This document shows, piece after piece, positions 21,547 to 31,992 of a stretch of DNA of 64,000 nucleotides. Position 1 is the stretch's first letter, and each line of letters starts with the position of its first letter. Source of the stretch: Thecamonas trahens ATCC 50062 (Eukaryota; Protista; Apusomonadida); NCBI RefSeq assembly GCF_000142905.1, contig NW_013657678.1, positions 558,001 to 622,000 on the forward strand. The letters are read 5' to 3'. Under the pieces are notes generated by a model. That model did no database searches. It had not been told where the DNA came from and saw nothing but the letters and a program-made list of their open reading frames with translations. Made by a program: the position numbers and the translations under genes.

Positions 21547-22674
21547 CAGGACAGACGCGTCCGGTGGACACGAGTCGGCCATGTCCGGATCGTCGGTCCC
21601 GAGATCGTCCATGAACGTCGGATCGTCGGTCGTCTTGCGGATGACATCGCAGGCCGAGAGCGACTCGGCAACGGCTGTCACGTTGCGGGCCTGTGCCGGC
21701 TTGAAGAACCCGAGACAGTCGCAGTAGTACGGGGTGGCGAGGAGCTTGTCCCCAAAGTTGGCATAGAACTCCTCATGCGAGACAATCGGGTTGTGAAAGT
21801 ACATCGAGATGGCCACCGACTCATCGTCGGTGATTGGCATGGTCCGGTGGTACCAGCCGGCGTAGAAGAACAGCGCGTCGCCCGGCCGCAGAACACACCG
21901 CAGCTTGCCATCGCCATGCGGCCCGGGCCCAGCCGTGTCGTTCCATGGCAGGTCCAGCTCCCACAGCTTCCACCCGCGCATCTGCAGCGAGTACGACGAC
22001 TCGCAACCCTCGTCGATGTGGCGGCTATTGGCCTGCGCCTTTTTGGCTCGGAACAGAAACTCGGAAAACAGATCCGGTCCCACACCGTCCTTGGTTAGGA
22101 ATGACGGCGTCGAGTAGTGCGCACGGAGAATGGCCCGGACGTAGTCCTCGTGCGCAGTGATGAGACCCTCCTCACGGTCAAACCACTCGGGCAGGACCTT
22201 CTCCAAGTTGTCGGCATGCCAGAACGGCTCATCAAGCTCGTTGCCGCGGGTCACAAACGGATAGCCCTTGCTCAGCAGGCTCCTCGCCAGCTCAACATGC
22301 TCTCCACCGCCAGTCAGCATCTCTTCATCAATGGCTACCGCATCGATAATGGGAATGTCACACGGCATCTCGGCCAACGCCGCAAAGTACTCTTCCTCGG
22401 TTGCGCCGTCACGAATATGATACTTGTTGTCCTCAGTCCATGGCTCGGGAGGGAGTCCCGACTCGGTAGACGCATACGGATCATAGTCATAATTATCATC
22501 AGCATCATCAATCTCGTTGATGACATGGACGGTGTTCTCGCCATCGCCGGTGGCTCCACTTGCCGACACCTTGACCACCACCACGCCAACGATACACATC
22601 CACACCGCCAAGCTAAGACAGGCCAACACCACAGCCTTCCGCATCCGCATGCTCATGCCCATGCCCATGCCCAT
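21514..22674 (-). CDS. Secreted/ER JmjC (cupin) Fe(II)/2-oxoglutarate oxygenase, paralog 1
   Basis: N-terminal hydrophobic signal; HIDEGC...GWKLW...CVLRPGDALFFYAGWYHRT (HxD...H triad). Confidence 0.8.
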   Translation of the reverse strand: MGMGMGMSMRMRKAVVLACLSLAVWMCIVGVVVVKVSASGATGDGENTVHVINEIDDADDNYDYDPYASTESGLPPEPWTEDNKYHIRDGATEEEYFAALAEMPCDIPIIDAVAIDEEMLTGGGEHVELARSLLSKGYPFVTRGNELDEPFWHADNLEKVLPEWFDREEGLITAHEDYVRAILRAHYSTPSFLTKDGVGPDLFSEFLFRAKKAQANSRHIDEGCESSYSLQMRGWKLWELDLPWNDTAGPGPHGDGKLRCVLRPGDALFFYAGWYHRTMPITDDESVAISMYFHNPIVSHEEFYANFGDKLLATPYYCDCLGFFKPAQARNVTAVAESLSACDVIRKTTDDPTFMDDLGTDDPDMADSCPPDASVLRFADPFEAGK

Positions 22675-23046
22675 GCTCTTCTTTGTGTCTATGCTGTACA
22701 ACTGCTCTCTCTTGAAAAGGAGTCAGTCAAAGAGTCGAATGCCTCCTGTCGCTGGCCGCTGCTTTGTACGCCTCGTTGCTCCCTCTCTGCCTGTCCGCTC
22801 GTTCCTCTGTCTCGTGTCAGGTGCGATGCTGGGCGGCCATGCGTCCAACATGTCTTCTTCGGCATGCCGTCACGAGAATGCATGACTTGCAGTCACATCG
22901 CGCCATGTCACGGGACGGAGTGGGAGCGGCGAGGGAAGCATAGGGGGGAGGGGGGGTGGTCGGGAGGGCGCCATCCAAAGTGGGTCATGTTGGGACTCGT
23001 CTGCACCATTTTTACGCGCTTCCTTGGCCAGTGGTCACGGTCACAC

Positions 23047-26016
23047 TTAAGCGAAAGCAGGACCGGAGGAGGATGCGGCGGCCGCGTCGTCATTGGACTC
23101 TGCCACGATGATGTCGTCGTAGATCTTGGTGACGACGCCGCAGGCGATGGTGCGGCCGGCCTCGCGGAGCATGATGCGGCCCATTTCTTTGCAGTTTGCA
23201 AAGGTGTCGATGCAGATGGGCCTGCGGACGGTGATCTCGACGGTGGCCTCGTGGCCGGAGAGCAGGCGCCGCGGCTTCTTGCGGCGCGGCGGCGGCTTGC
23301 CGTCTGCGGCGGCGGCGGCGACCTTGGCGGCGAATTGCTCGGCCTCGGGAGAGCCCTCGGCGGGGTGGAACCGACAGAGGCGGGAGACGGTTGCATCCTC
23401 GTTGACGTTGTGGTAGTGGACGACCACCGGGTAGCCCTTGGTGATGGGGATGCTGACATCAAGGACGATGAGGCGGACCTTGAACCGTGAGGTCATGGGG
23501 ATGGGGAACTCGGGGTCACACATGAACCGCACGCCGGCGAGATTGGTGATGGCGGCGTCGCGGAGAACAATGTCGACGTTGGCGCCGGCCTCGGCCCAGT
23601 TGGCGGCCTCGACGTCGCGGACGGTGATCGACTTGACCATGTGGATCTCACCACCGGGCAGGAGGAGGACCTGGTCGTCGAGACGGACGGTGCCGGTCTC
23701 GATCTTTCCGGCGACGGTGGCGCCGGACGAGGCCATCGGCTTGTAGGCGTCGGTGATGGGCATGCGGAACGGGGCGTCGACGTCGCGGGCCGGCGGCGGG
23801 AGCGAGTCGATGGTGGCCAGGAGTGGCGCGCCGGTGTACCACGGCATGGCGTCGGGAGCGGGCTCGAGGAGGTTGACACCCTCGAGGCCGGAGAGCGGCA
23901 CAAACGGGACCGAGCGGAAGCCCATCGAGCGAAGAAAGCGCTTGAGGGTGGCACGGATGGCGTTGAATCGGTCCGCGTCCCAGCCGATAGCGTCCATTTT
24001 GTTGACAGCGACAACAATGTGGCGGACGCCGAGCGAGCGGAGGAGGTGTGTGTGCTCCTTGGTCTGGCCATCGGCATCAAAGCCTGCCTCAAACTCGCCC
24101 TTGGCCGCTGAGACGACGAGGATGGCGGCGTCGGCTTGGGCGGCGCCGGTGATCATGTTGGGCACATAGTCACGGTGGCCAGGCGCGTCAAGTAGCGTGA
24201 TGTCCTTGTTGGGCGTCTGGAAGCAGGTGACCGCGACGTCCATGGTGATCCCGCGGGCGCGCTCCTCCTCGTGGGCGTCGAGGACCCATGCAAAGGCGAA
24301 AGAGCCCTTGCCCTGCTGCGCCGACTGGCGCTCGTACTTGTGGAACTCCTTGTCTGTGACCCGCTTCATGTCGTAGAGCACGTGACCCATGAGCGTCGAC
24401 TTGCCGTGGTCGACATGGCCGACGACAACGAGGTTGAGCGGGGAGCGGGAAGGCGCGGCAGCAGCGCGGGCAGCCTCGATCTCCTTGCCGATCTTCTTGT
24501 TGAGCTTGGTCCTTCGGCGGATGAAGAGGCGGGCAGACCGCGGCGTGCCCGGCGTCGAACGCGGCGTAGTCGCCGACGAGCCGACCTCTGCGGCCTCTGC
24601 GGCAATGGCGGCGGCCTCGGCCTCTGCGGCGGCGGCGGCGGCCTCAGCGGCTGCGTCCTGCGCGCGCGACTCCGAGTCGACCATCGACCCGAGGCCCATC
24701 ATGTCGACGTCCGAGACTGCGCCGCGCGACGACGAGCCCGCGGCCTTGGTCGGCTTGGGAATGCCCGGCGGGCCGTCGTCGACCGCGGCAGTCTTGCTCG
24801 CGGCGGCGGCCTTGGACGACCGCTCAAATGCAGCCGATTGCGCTGCCAACACAACATCGTCGGGGGAGGGTGAGGAAAAGTCAAACGGAGAGAGGCTGGC
24901 ATTGAATGTGGCCGCCAGCGAGTGCTGGCTCACGGCGGCAAACGAGGTCCTTCCGAGCGACGGCGGGAGCGGCGCTGCTGCTGCCGGTGCCCGCGGCTGG
25001 ATGAGCTCGCGGAAGAGGTGCGACGGCGGCGCCGGTGCTCGCAGCGTCGCTGGCTTGGACGCCAACCGAAATGGGTTGGCATCCAGCAGCAGCAGCTCGT
25101 CGTCGACGTCGTCGCCGTCACCGTCATCCACATCGTCCGCGAGCATGATACCAGTCGCGGGCGCCGCCCCGATGCCTGCAGTGGCAGTGTCGGGGAGTGT
25201 GCCAAGCGAGGGAAACGCAAAAGTGGCGACAGAGGTTGGGGCAGCGGCCGGGTTGAGGGAAGGGAAGGCAACCGCGGCGGGGGGGTAGGGGCAACGGCCG
25301 GGTTGAGGGAAGGGAAAGCAACCGTGGCGGCGGGGTAGGGGCAACGGCCGGGTTGAAGGAGGGGAAGGCAATGCCGCCGCCGCTGGATGGCGGAACAGCC
25401 GGGTTGAGGGAGGGGAAGGCAATGCCGCCGCCGCTAGATTGCGGAACAGCCGGGGTGGGGCAAAGGCAGCGGGGGCAGAGGCAGAAGAGATGGGCTTACC
25501 AGAATCATGGGCGGGCGCAGGGTTGAGGATAGCCTTGACGGCGGCGTCGACGTCGCCGCCGGCCGCGTCGAGGGCATCGGCCACAGCCTTGCGGGTGTGG
25601 TACTTGTTGGACTTGTTCACGCGCCGCATGACGGTAGCCTGCTTCTCTTCGAGAGTAAGCTCCTTCTTGTTGCCCTTGCCCTTGCCGCCCTTGCCGCCCT
25701 TGCCGCCCTTGCCGCCCTTGCCAGCGGTGGGCTCGTCTTCCAGCGCGTGGACATGGCCACCGTCGTAGTACTCGCCGCCGTCGTCATAGTACTCGCCACC
25801 ATCGTCATAGTACTCGCCGCCGTCACCGTAGTACTCGTCACCGTAGTACTCGTTGTCGCCGCCCTGGTAGTAGCTCTGATCCGGAAACGCCGACCGGTTG
25901 CTGCCGCCGTCAGCAGGCTTGAGATACATGGCTGCGGTGCCTGGTGAAATAGCCACATCCGTCGGCGAGTCGGCCATATCATCGTAGTACTCGTCCATGT
26001 AGTAGTCTGTATCCAT
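23047..26016 (-). CDS. HBS1L: HBS1-like translational GTPase (Hbs1/Ski7 gene)
   Basis: GHVDHGKST, SFAFAWVLD..EERARGIT, DAPGHRDY, NKMD, two beta-barrel domains; UBA-like N-terminal segment (GGDVDAAVKAIL); PFDFSSPSPDDVV motif. Confidence 0.92.
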   Translation of the reverse strand: MDTDYYMDEYYDDMADSPTDVAISPGTAAMYLKPADGGSNRSAFPDQSYYQGGDNEYYGDEYYGDGGEYYDDGGEYYDDGGEYYDGGHVHALEDEPTAGKGGKGGKGGKGGKGKGNKKELTLEEKQATVMRRVNKSNKYHTRKAVADALDAAGGDVDAAVKAILNPAPAHDSGKPISSASAPAAFAPPRLFRNLAAAALPSPPSTRLFRHPAAAALPSPPSTRPLPLPRRHGCFPFPQPGRCPYPPAAVAFPSLNPAAAPTSVATFAFPSLGTLPDTATAGIGAAPATGIMLADDVDDGDGDDVDDELLLLDANPFRLASKPATLRAPAPPSHLFRELIQPRAPAAAAPLPPSLGRTSFAAVSQHSLAATFNASLSPFDFSSPSPDDVVLAAQSAAFERSSKAAAASKTAAVDDGPPGIPKPTKAAGSSSRGAVSDVDMMGLGSMVDSESRAQDAAAEAAAAAAEAEAAAIAAEAAEVGSSATTPRSTPGTPRSARLFIRRRTKLNKKIGKEIEAARAAAAPSRSPLNLVVVGHVDHGKSTLMGHVLYDMKRVTDKEFHKYERQSAQQGKGSFAFAWVLDAHEEERARGITMDVAVTCFQTPNKDITLLDAPGHRDYVPNMITGAAQADAAILVVSAAKGEFEAGFDADGQTKEHTHLLRSLGVRHIVVAVNKMDAIGWDADRFNAIRATLKRFLRSMGFRSVPFVPLSGLEGVNLLEPAPDAMPWYTGAPLLATIDSLPPPARDVDAPFRMPITDAYKPMASSGATVAGKIETGTVRLDDQVLLLPGGEIHMVKSITVRDVEAANWAEAGANVDIVLRDAAITNLAGVRFMCDPEFPIPMTSRFKVRLIVLDVSIPITKGYPVVVHYHNVNEDATVSRLCRFHPAEGSPEAEQFAAKVAAAAADGKPPPRRKKPRRLLSGHEATVEITVRRPICIDTFANCKEMGRIMLREAGRTIACGVVTKIYDDIIVAESNDDAAAASSSGPAFA

Positions 26017-26046
26017 GCCACAGATTCGTCGAGCAGAGCCGTATGT

Positions 26047-26123
26047 GAGCCGAGCCGAGCCGAGCCAAGCCGAGCCAAGCCAAGCCAAGCCGAGCCGAGC
26101 CGAGCCGAGCCGAGCCGAGCCGA
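26047..26123. repeat. Pentanucleotide microsatellite (GAGCC/AAGCC)n just upstream of HBS1
   Basis: About 15 consecutive GAGCC/AAGCC units. Confidence 0.9.
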
Positions 26124-26800
26124 GTTGTATGCGAGCGCCGTCGATCCGTCGAGTTGCATCAAGTCGTCATCCCCGTCCATAGTCACGTCCCCACATCCAC
26201 CCACATCCATACCAACAACATAGACATCATAAGTACACACCATTCCCCCCTGTCTTCCATTTCCCCAACCCCAAACCAACCCCCATACCCTTCCCCGCAA
26301 CCCGACCTCCCGACATACCAGCAGTCCATTCTGACAAAAACCACAAAGAGACACAACATGAACTCCCCCCCCCCCCCACCCCACCCCCACGCACACCCTC
26401 CCACACACACGACATACCGTCCGCATTTAGGTTGCGCACATCTCTGTGTCGCGACATGGTCCTTGCGGAGAGTCAGGTGCTCAGACAAACCCCCCTTGTC
26501 CCGGTCCCAGTCACAGCCTCCGTCCCTCCTCCACCCCCCTCCACCCCTCCACCCCCTCCACCACCCACAACCCACCATCAACCCCAATGATCCATCACCC
26601 TCATGCACCCTTCTCTCCATTCCATCCCCATCATGTCCACACACTCATCAAAATCAATCATGATCATCATGCCCATACCCACCCCCCACCCCGCTTCGAA
26701 TCGCCGGGTCGCACCCCTCAGCCCCCCCTTCCCACACTACACAGATGGTAGACTCGTCATACCTCACTGACATCACCCACCCACTCACACATATATACAT

Positions 26801-27520
26801 ATGTTCCGTGTTGTGCGACTTGGTAGTGTCATGCGTATGGTGGGCGAGGGAAGGGCGAGGAGCTTGGTCAGCTGCGGTTGGACGGCGCGGAGGGGTGTCG
26901 ACCATGACGAGGCGTTTGTGGACGAGGATGGGTATGGTGGTGATGATGGTGGTCAAGGCGATGATGACGATGATGGGTTTGATGCTGATGAGTATGCGCT
27001 TGGTATGGAAGATGCTGTTGAGGGCCTTGCTCGGAGAGTCACGGGCCTCTCCTCTGGCCGAGCTGCGCCAGAGCTTCTCGACTCGGTGCGGGTTGATGCC
27101 TACGGCGCGCCGACTCCGCTCGCCCACATCGCCCAGGTCGCTACTAAGGGCTCCAACATGCTCTCGGTCACGCTCTTTGATCCGTCTCTGACTTCCGAGA
27201 CCGAGAAGGCCATCCGCGCCGCAGGGCTAAACCTCAACCCGGTCCCGGCCAAGGGCGGGCTTCACGTGCCGGTGCCCAAGGTGACGGCCGAGCTCCGCCG
27301 CGAGCGGCTCAAGCAGCTCGCGGCCTGGTGCGAGGACGCCCGTGTTGCCGTCCGCGCCGCTCGGACCGACGGCATGAAGCACCTCAAAGCCCTCGAAAAG
27401 ACTATGCCCAAGGAGTACTGGAAGCTGACCGTCAAGGAGTTCGAGGCCGTCGTCAACGGCTACCTCGAGCAGATCGAGACCGTGCGCTCGGCCAAGGAAG
27501 GCGAGCTCGGCTCGGACTAG
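26801..27520 (+). CDS. MRRF: Ribosome recycling factor, mitochondrial
   Basis: GRAAPELLDSVRVDAYG..PLAHIAQV, EKAIRAAGLNLNP, VPVPKVTAELR, EDARVAVRAAR; Arg-rich presequence. Confidence 0.9.
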   Translation: MFRVVRLGSVMRMVGEGRARSLVSCGWTARRGVDHDEAFVDEDGYGGDDGGQGDDDDDGFDADEYALGMEDAVEGLARRVTGLSSGRAAPELLDSVRVDAYGAPTPLAHIAQVATKGSNMLSVTLFDPSLTSETEKAIRAAGLNLNPVPAKGGLHVPVPKVTAELRRERLKQLAAWCEDARVAVRAARTDGMKHLKALEKTMPKEYWKLTVKEFEAVVNGYLEQIETVRSAKEGELGSD

Positions 27521-27547
27521 CCTTCACCCCCCTTCCGCGTGCTCTGC

Positions 27548-28357
27548 TTACAGGCGAAACGTCGGCGGCGTCGGGAACTCAAAGTCGCCCGAGAGAACCT
27601 CCTCCGGGGGGAGCGTCTGAAGGTGCGCAATCTGCGCTCGGACGTAGTCGACCATCCGCGCGAGCTCGTTGGCCTCGACGTTGGGCGACATCGAGTACAA
27701 ATTGCGCCACAGCGCCGCCGCCAGCACTGTGTCGTCGCCGATAAAGCCCTCGTCGTAGCCGACAGCTGCGCCGTAGAACATGCCCAGCAGATCCTTGACA
27801 TTGCGCGCCAGAAGCGAGTCCTGAGTGATGCCTGTCGCCCGGATCCGAACCTCGACCTCCTCCCACAGCGAGTCAAAGAGCGCCTGCCGCATCTGCGCGC
27901 CATACGACCCCTCGGTCCGCATCCGTACCATGTACATCCACGTCTGCAGGACCACAAGCCCATACCATGCCCGGAAAGAGTCGTCTGCCGGCAGGCCCAC
28001 CCGCGCCCGAATCTGCACATCGTCGCCCATGGCCGAGAACGCCGCCATCAGCGGCTTGGAAGCCCGGATTGCCGTAGACTCGGTTGAAAACCAGCCGAGC
28101 ATCCGCCCCACACGCCGAGCCATCCGATACTTGAACGGGAGAGATGCCTCGTCCTTCACCTCGCCCACCGTCATCACCACCGGCCCGTCGCCGTCATGCC
28201 CACCTTCGCCGCACTTGCCCTTGCCCTTGCCCTTGCCCTTGCCCTGACTCGAGTGTACCGCCGCTGAAAAGGCAGACCCTGCAGATACCTTACTCATTCC
28301 CGCAACTAGCCTGCTAGCCACAGCACGCCCTGCCAACGTCGGCAATCTGTCCGCCAT
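27548..28357 (-). CDS. UQCC1: Ubiquinol-cytochrome c reductase chaperone (Cbp3/UQCC1)
   Basis: DSFRAWY...WMYMVRMR, FYGAAVGYDEG..DTVLAAALWRN, YVRAQ; presequence-like N-terminus. Confidence 0.88.
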   Translation of the reverse strand: MADRLPTLAGRAVASRLVAGMSKVSAGSAFSAAVHSSQGKGKGKGKGKCGEGGHDGDGPVVMTVGEVKDEASLPFKYRMARRVGRMLGWFSTESTAIRASKPLMAAFSAMGDDVQIRARVGLPADDSFRAWYGLVVLQTWMYMVRMRTEGSYGAQMRQALFDSLWEEVEVRIRATGITQDSLLARNVKDLLGMFYGAAVGYDEGFIGDDTVLAAALWRNLYSMSPNVEANELARMVDYVRAQIAHLQTLPPEEVLSGDFEFPTPPTFRL

Positions 28358-29234
28358 GCCCCTCACCCGCCATGTTGTACTCAGCTGTGAGGATGACGCG
28401 CCCCGGCTCAGCCCCCGCTCCGGCTCTGCCTACCCGGCTCTGCCTACCCGCAAGCCCACACTCCCCCTACCCATCCGCATGCCCATCTCAACTATGTCCT
28501 CCCTTGCGTACATCATTCGTGTGAACATGTCTCACCGATCGCTCCTCGAGTAGCAGATCGAGAGTGAGGTGGCGAACAAGGAGAAGGAGGGCGAGCTGGG
28601 TTGGCTCCGACCTGCTCCGGCCAAAGCCGCCGCCAGTGCTCGACTGTTTTCTCATGTGCTCGAGGGTAGCTGGTGCAGGTGCCAGAGTTGTTGACAAGCC
28701 CGATATCACATCCGTGGTATCTCTAGTTACTCTAGATGGTACACGATCGCCTGCTGCGCATCCGCTTGCCCACTATTGCTCACCCTTCTGATGCTGCTCT
28801 TCCTGCTCTCTGCCGCTGTGATGACCAGAAGCTGCATCGAAACATCCCATTGTCTTGTCTGATGCCCCACTACGTTCTTCATTGTATCAAATCATTCCTA
28901 TCTTTGATCTGCCTTTCCCCATGCCTTCCATCTCAACACATCAGCCAGCCAGCTAGCAGCCCAGCCCGCCCACAGTCACGCCAACGCCCAGCGCCCGCCC
29001 AACGCCAACGCCCACGTCAAGCCACCACTCTCTCCAGAGGACAGGGAGAGGGAGAGAGATGCTTCTCCGCGCGGGAGACAAGCCCGCTTTTAGGCGATAC
29101 CTGATGCGCACGCTTGCGCCCATGTATGTAACCTCTCTCATTCCCCTGCCCCGGGTAAAGTAAACTTTATTTTTTTTATATTGGACAACGGCAACGGACA
29201 TGGGGGGGCCAGACAACTTTCTTCCCTGCGTACT

Positions 29235-29565
29235 NNNNNNNNNNNNNNNNNNNNNNNNNNNNNNNNNNNNNNNNNNNNNNNNNNNNNNNNNNNNNNNNNN
29301 NNNNNNNNNNNNNNNNNNNNNNNNNNNNNNNNNNNNNNNNNNNNNNNNNNNNNNNNNNNNNNNNNNNNNNNNNNNNNNNNNNNNNNNNNNNNNNNNNNNN
29401 NNNNNNNNNNNNNNNNNNNNNNNNNNNNNNNNNNNNNNNNNNNNNNNNNNNNNNNNNNNNNNNNNNNNNNNNNNNNNNNNNNNNNNNNNNNNNNNNNNNN
29501 NNNNNNNNNNNNNNNNNNNNNNNNNNNNNNNNNNNNNNNNNNNNNNNNNNNNNNNNNNNNNNNNN
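29235..29565. other. Assembly gap (N run)
   Basis: Run of N. Confidence 1.
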
Positions 29566-29652
29566 CTCCCCCCCCCCCCCCCTCCGTCCACACACACTCA
29601 CTCAGGCCCACCTTCACACTCCCTACACTCCCTACCATTATGCTGATGACAG

Positions 29653-31883
29653 TACGGTTGCTGACCAAGAAACGCTCTCTGACTTTGTGGTGACGCTGCT
29701 GTCGGACGACAAGCCCGAGGCCGAGCTGCGGCGACTGTGCTTCTCAGAGACGCAGTTTTCCTTCAGTCCAAGACTGCTTGGTTCGTGGATACCATATTCA
29801 AGGCGCTTAAGTCGCGCTCATTTGCCGGTGGTCGTCCGGTTAATCATCCGCCGGCTTCTTCTACACCCTCTGCTCCTGGCCTGGCTGGCGCTGACGATGC
29901 TCAGCCGTCGAGGAAGCGTCCGCTCTCGCCGCCGCGCATCGATGAGATGAGCGGCCACACCGGTGCTACTGGCCACGATGATGATGTAGAGCCGCAGGCG
30001 AAGCGGCGCCATGGCCTCCAGGACCGCCTCGGCCCGCGCAGAGATGCCTCGTCCGCCCGCTCTGCTAGCCAGGAGATGCTGCGCTCGCGCGATCGCGAGC
30101 GGGGCAACCGTGGCGGTGACCGGGGTGACCGTGGCAACGACCGCCGTGGCGATCGTGGCGACCGCCACTCTGACCGCGACCGTGGTGACCGTGACCGCAG
30201 CGACCGCGGTGACCGACGTGGAGGTCGGTTTGACGACCGCGGCAGCGACCGACGTGGAGGTCGGTTTGACGACCGTGGCCCGCCGCCGCCCGGACCGCCG
30301 CCTCCAGGCATGCTTCCACCGCCTCCTACCGCTGCCAGTGGCGGAGCTGGCTTCCTCGACCCAGACGCCCAGCCGCCGGACGACATCCCGTTCGGTCCGG
30401 CCAAGACTAGCAACCGCGGCAGCGACCGTCGCGGTGGCGACCGCAGTGGTGACCGTGGTGGCAACCGTGACGGTGATCGCGGCGGACGCGGCCGTGGCGG
30501 CGATCGTGGCGGCGATCGCGGTGGCGATCGAGGCCGTGGCGGCGATCGTGGTGGCGATCGAGGCCGTGGCCGCGACTCGGACTCGTCACGGTTCTCCAAG
30601 TTGACACTGCGAGTGTACAACATTCCGGACGAGCTGCTGGCTGAGAGCCACCTGCGCGCGCACTTTGGCGTCTTTGGAGCTATTGTCAAGTGCACACCGA
30701 TCCCGCCCAAGTCATCGGCTTTTATCCAGTTCCTCACAGCCAAGTCTGCCAAGCGGGCGTACGAGTCGCCCAAAGCTGTTCTCGGCAACCGGTTCATCAA
30801 GCTCCAGTGGGCGTTTGCCAACGACGAGACTGAGGCCGGCAACATGGAGGCGTACATGGAGGCCGTGGCGTCGGGGGAGGCCGTGCCACAGGCTGCGCCG
30901 GCGTCGGCACCGCGGCGGCCCGAGCGCGCCGAGCGCTACGAGGGCTCGTCGCGATTCGACCGCCGTGAGCGTGATGAGTTCGCCGACGACGACGAGGTCG
31001 CTGCCGGCGACGATGGGCCGATCCGGGGCGCTGAGCCCGCAGCGGGTGCCACTGAGCTCGACGCCGCCGCCGTCAACGCCGCCAAGCTCGAGGCTGTCGC
31101 CAAGCGCAAGGCTGCGGCAGACATGCACAAGAAAAAAGTGGCGCTCCTCCGCGAGCGTCTCGCCAAGTACGAGAAGATCCTCAAGCTCATGCTCGCAAAC
31201 CCCAAGCTGCAAGTGCCCGAGAAGATGGCCGAGATCACTGGCAACGTTAAGGAGTTGCAGGCCGAGCTCAAGGCGCTGTTGGACTCGCCACCAGCCACTG
31301 TCGCGCCGCTGCCGGCTGCCACGAATGGGCGCGGGCGGGGCCGGGGCCGTGGGCGCGGGCGAGGCTAAAATGAACAAGTGGACGGGTAGAGATTGGGCGA
31401 GGCCGGGGGCGTGGGCGAGGCCGGGGCGGCTACCACGCCGGGCCTGCTCGCGACGCTCCGCCGTCCGGCTTTGTCATCCGCGGCCTCGGCGAGAGCGCCG
31501 CCGGAAACATGACCGCCGTCCGCAAGCACTTTGAAACGCTTGCGCCGATTCGGTCGCTCTCGTTTGACAAAAACGATCCACACGTGGCGTACATCCAGTT
31601 CCGCTCGCGCGAGGATGCTGAGTATGTCAAGGAGGCCGGCGCGACGTCGCTTGACGGCGCCACCATCGCGCTTGAGTGGCACTCGGGCCGGGCCGGCGCT
31701 ATTGGCAGTCGCAGCGGCAGCGGCAGCACTGCCTCGCGCGGAGAAGGCAGCAGCACGACGGCTGCCGCTTCTAACGACGGCGAGGAGGACCTCGTCGGCG
31801 AGGAGGAGGACGTCGACGACGACGACGAGTACGTGGTGGACGACGACAACGACCCGGTGGGCGAAAAGTCGTGGAAGCGGTAA
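29653..31883 (+). CDS. RBM26/RBM27-like RNA-binding protein (PWI + RRM + coiled coil + RRM); first exon missing, with breaks near 29757 and 31366-31394
   Basis: PWI-like LSDFVVTLLSDDKPEAELRRLC..FLQSKTAWFVDTIF; RRM LRAHFGVFGAIV..AFIQF..AVLGNRFIKLQW; RGG tracts; second RRM AYIQFRSREDAE. Confidence 0.82.
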
Positions 31884-31992
31884 AGTATCAGCGAGTGAGG
31901 GTAGCGGCAAAAGAGCAAGTATGTGGCGCGCGCAAGCACGTTCAATGAATGAATGAGGGGTTGGGGGGGTTGGGGGGGTTGGGGAGAGGCGA

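Noticed and set aside
31366-31394. In-frame stop in the RBM26-like gene suggesting a pseudogene or readthrough
   Set aside because: A short AT-richer patch inside a GC-rich RG repeat looks like low-quality sequence; the domains on both sides are intact.
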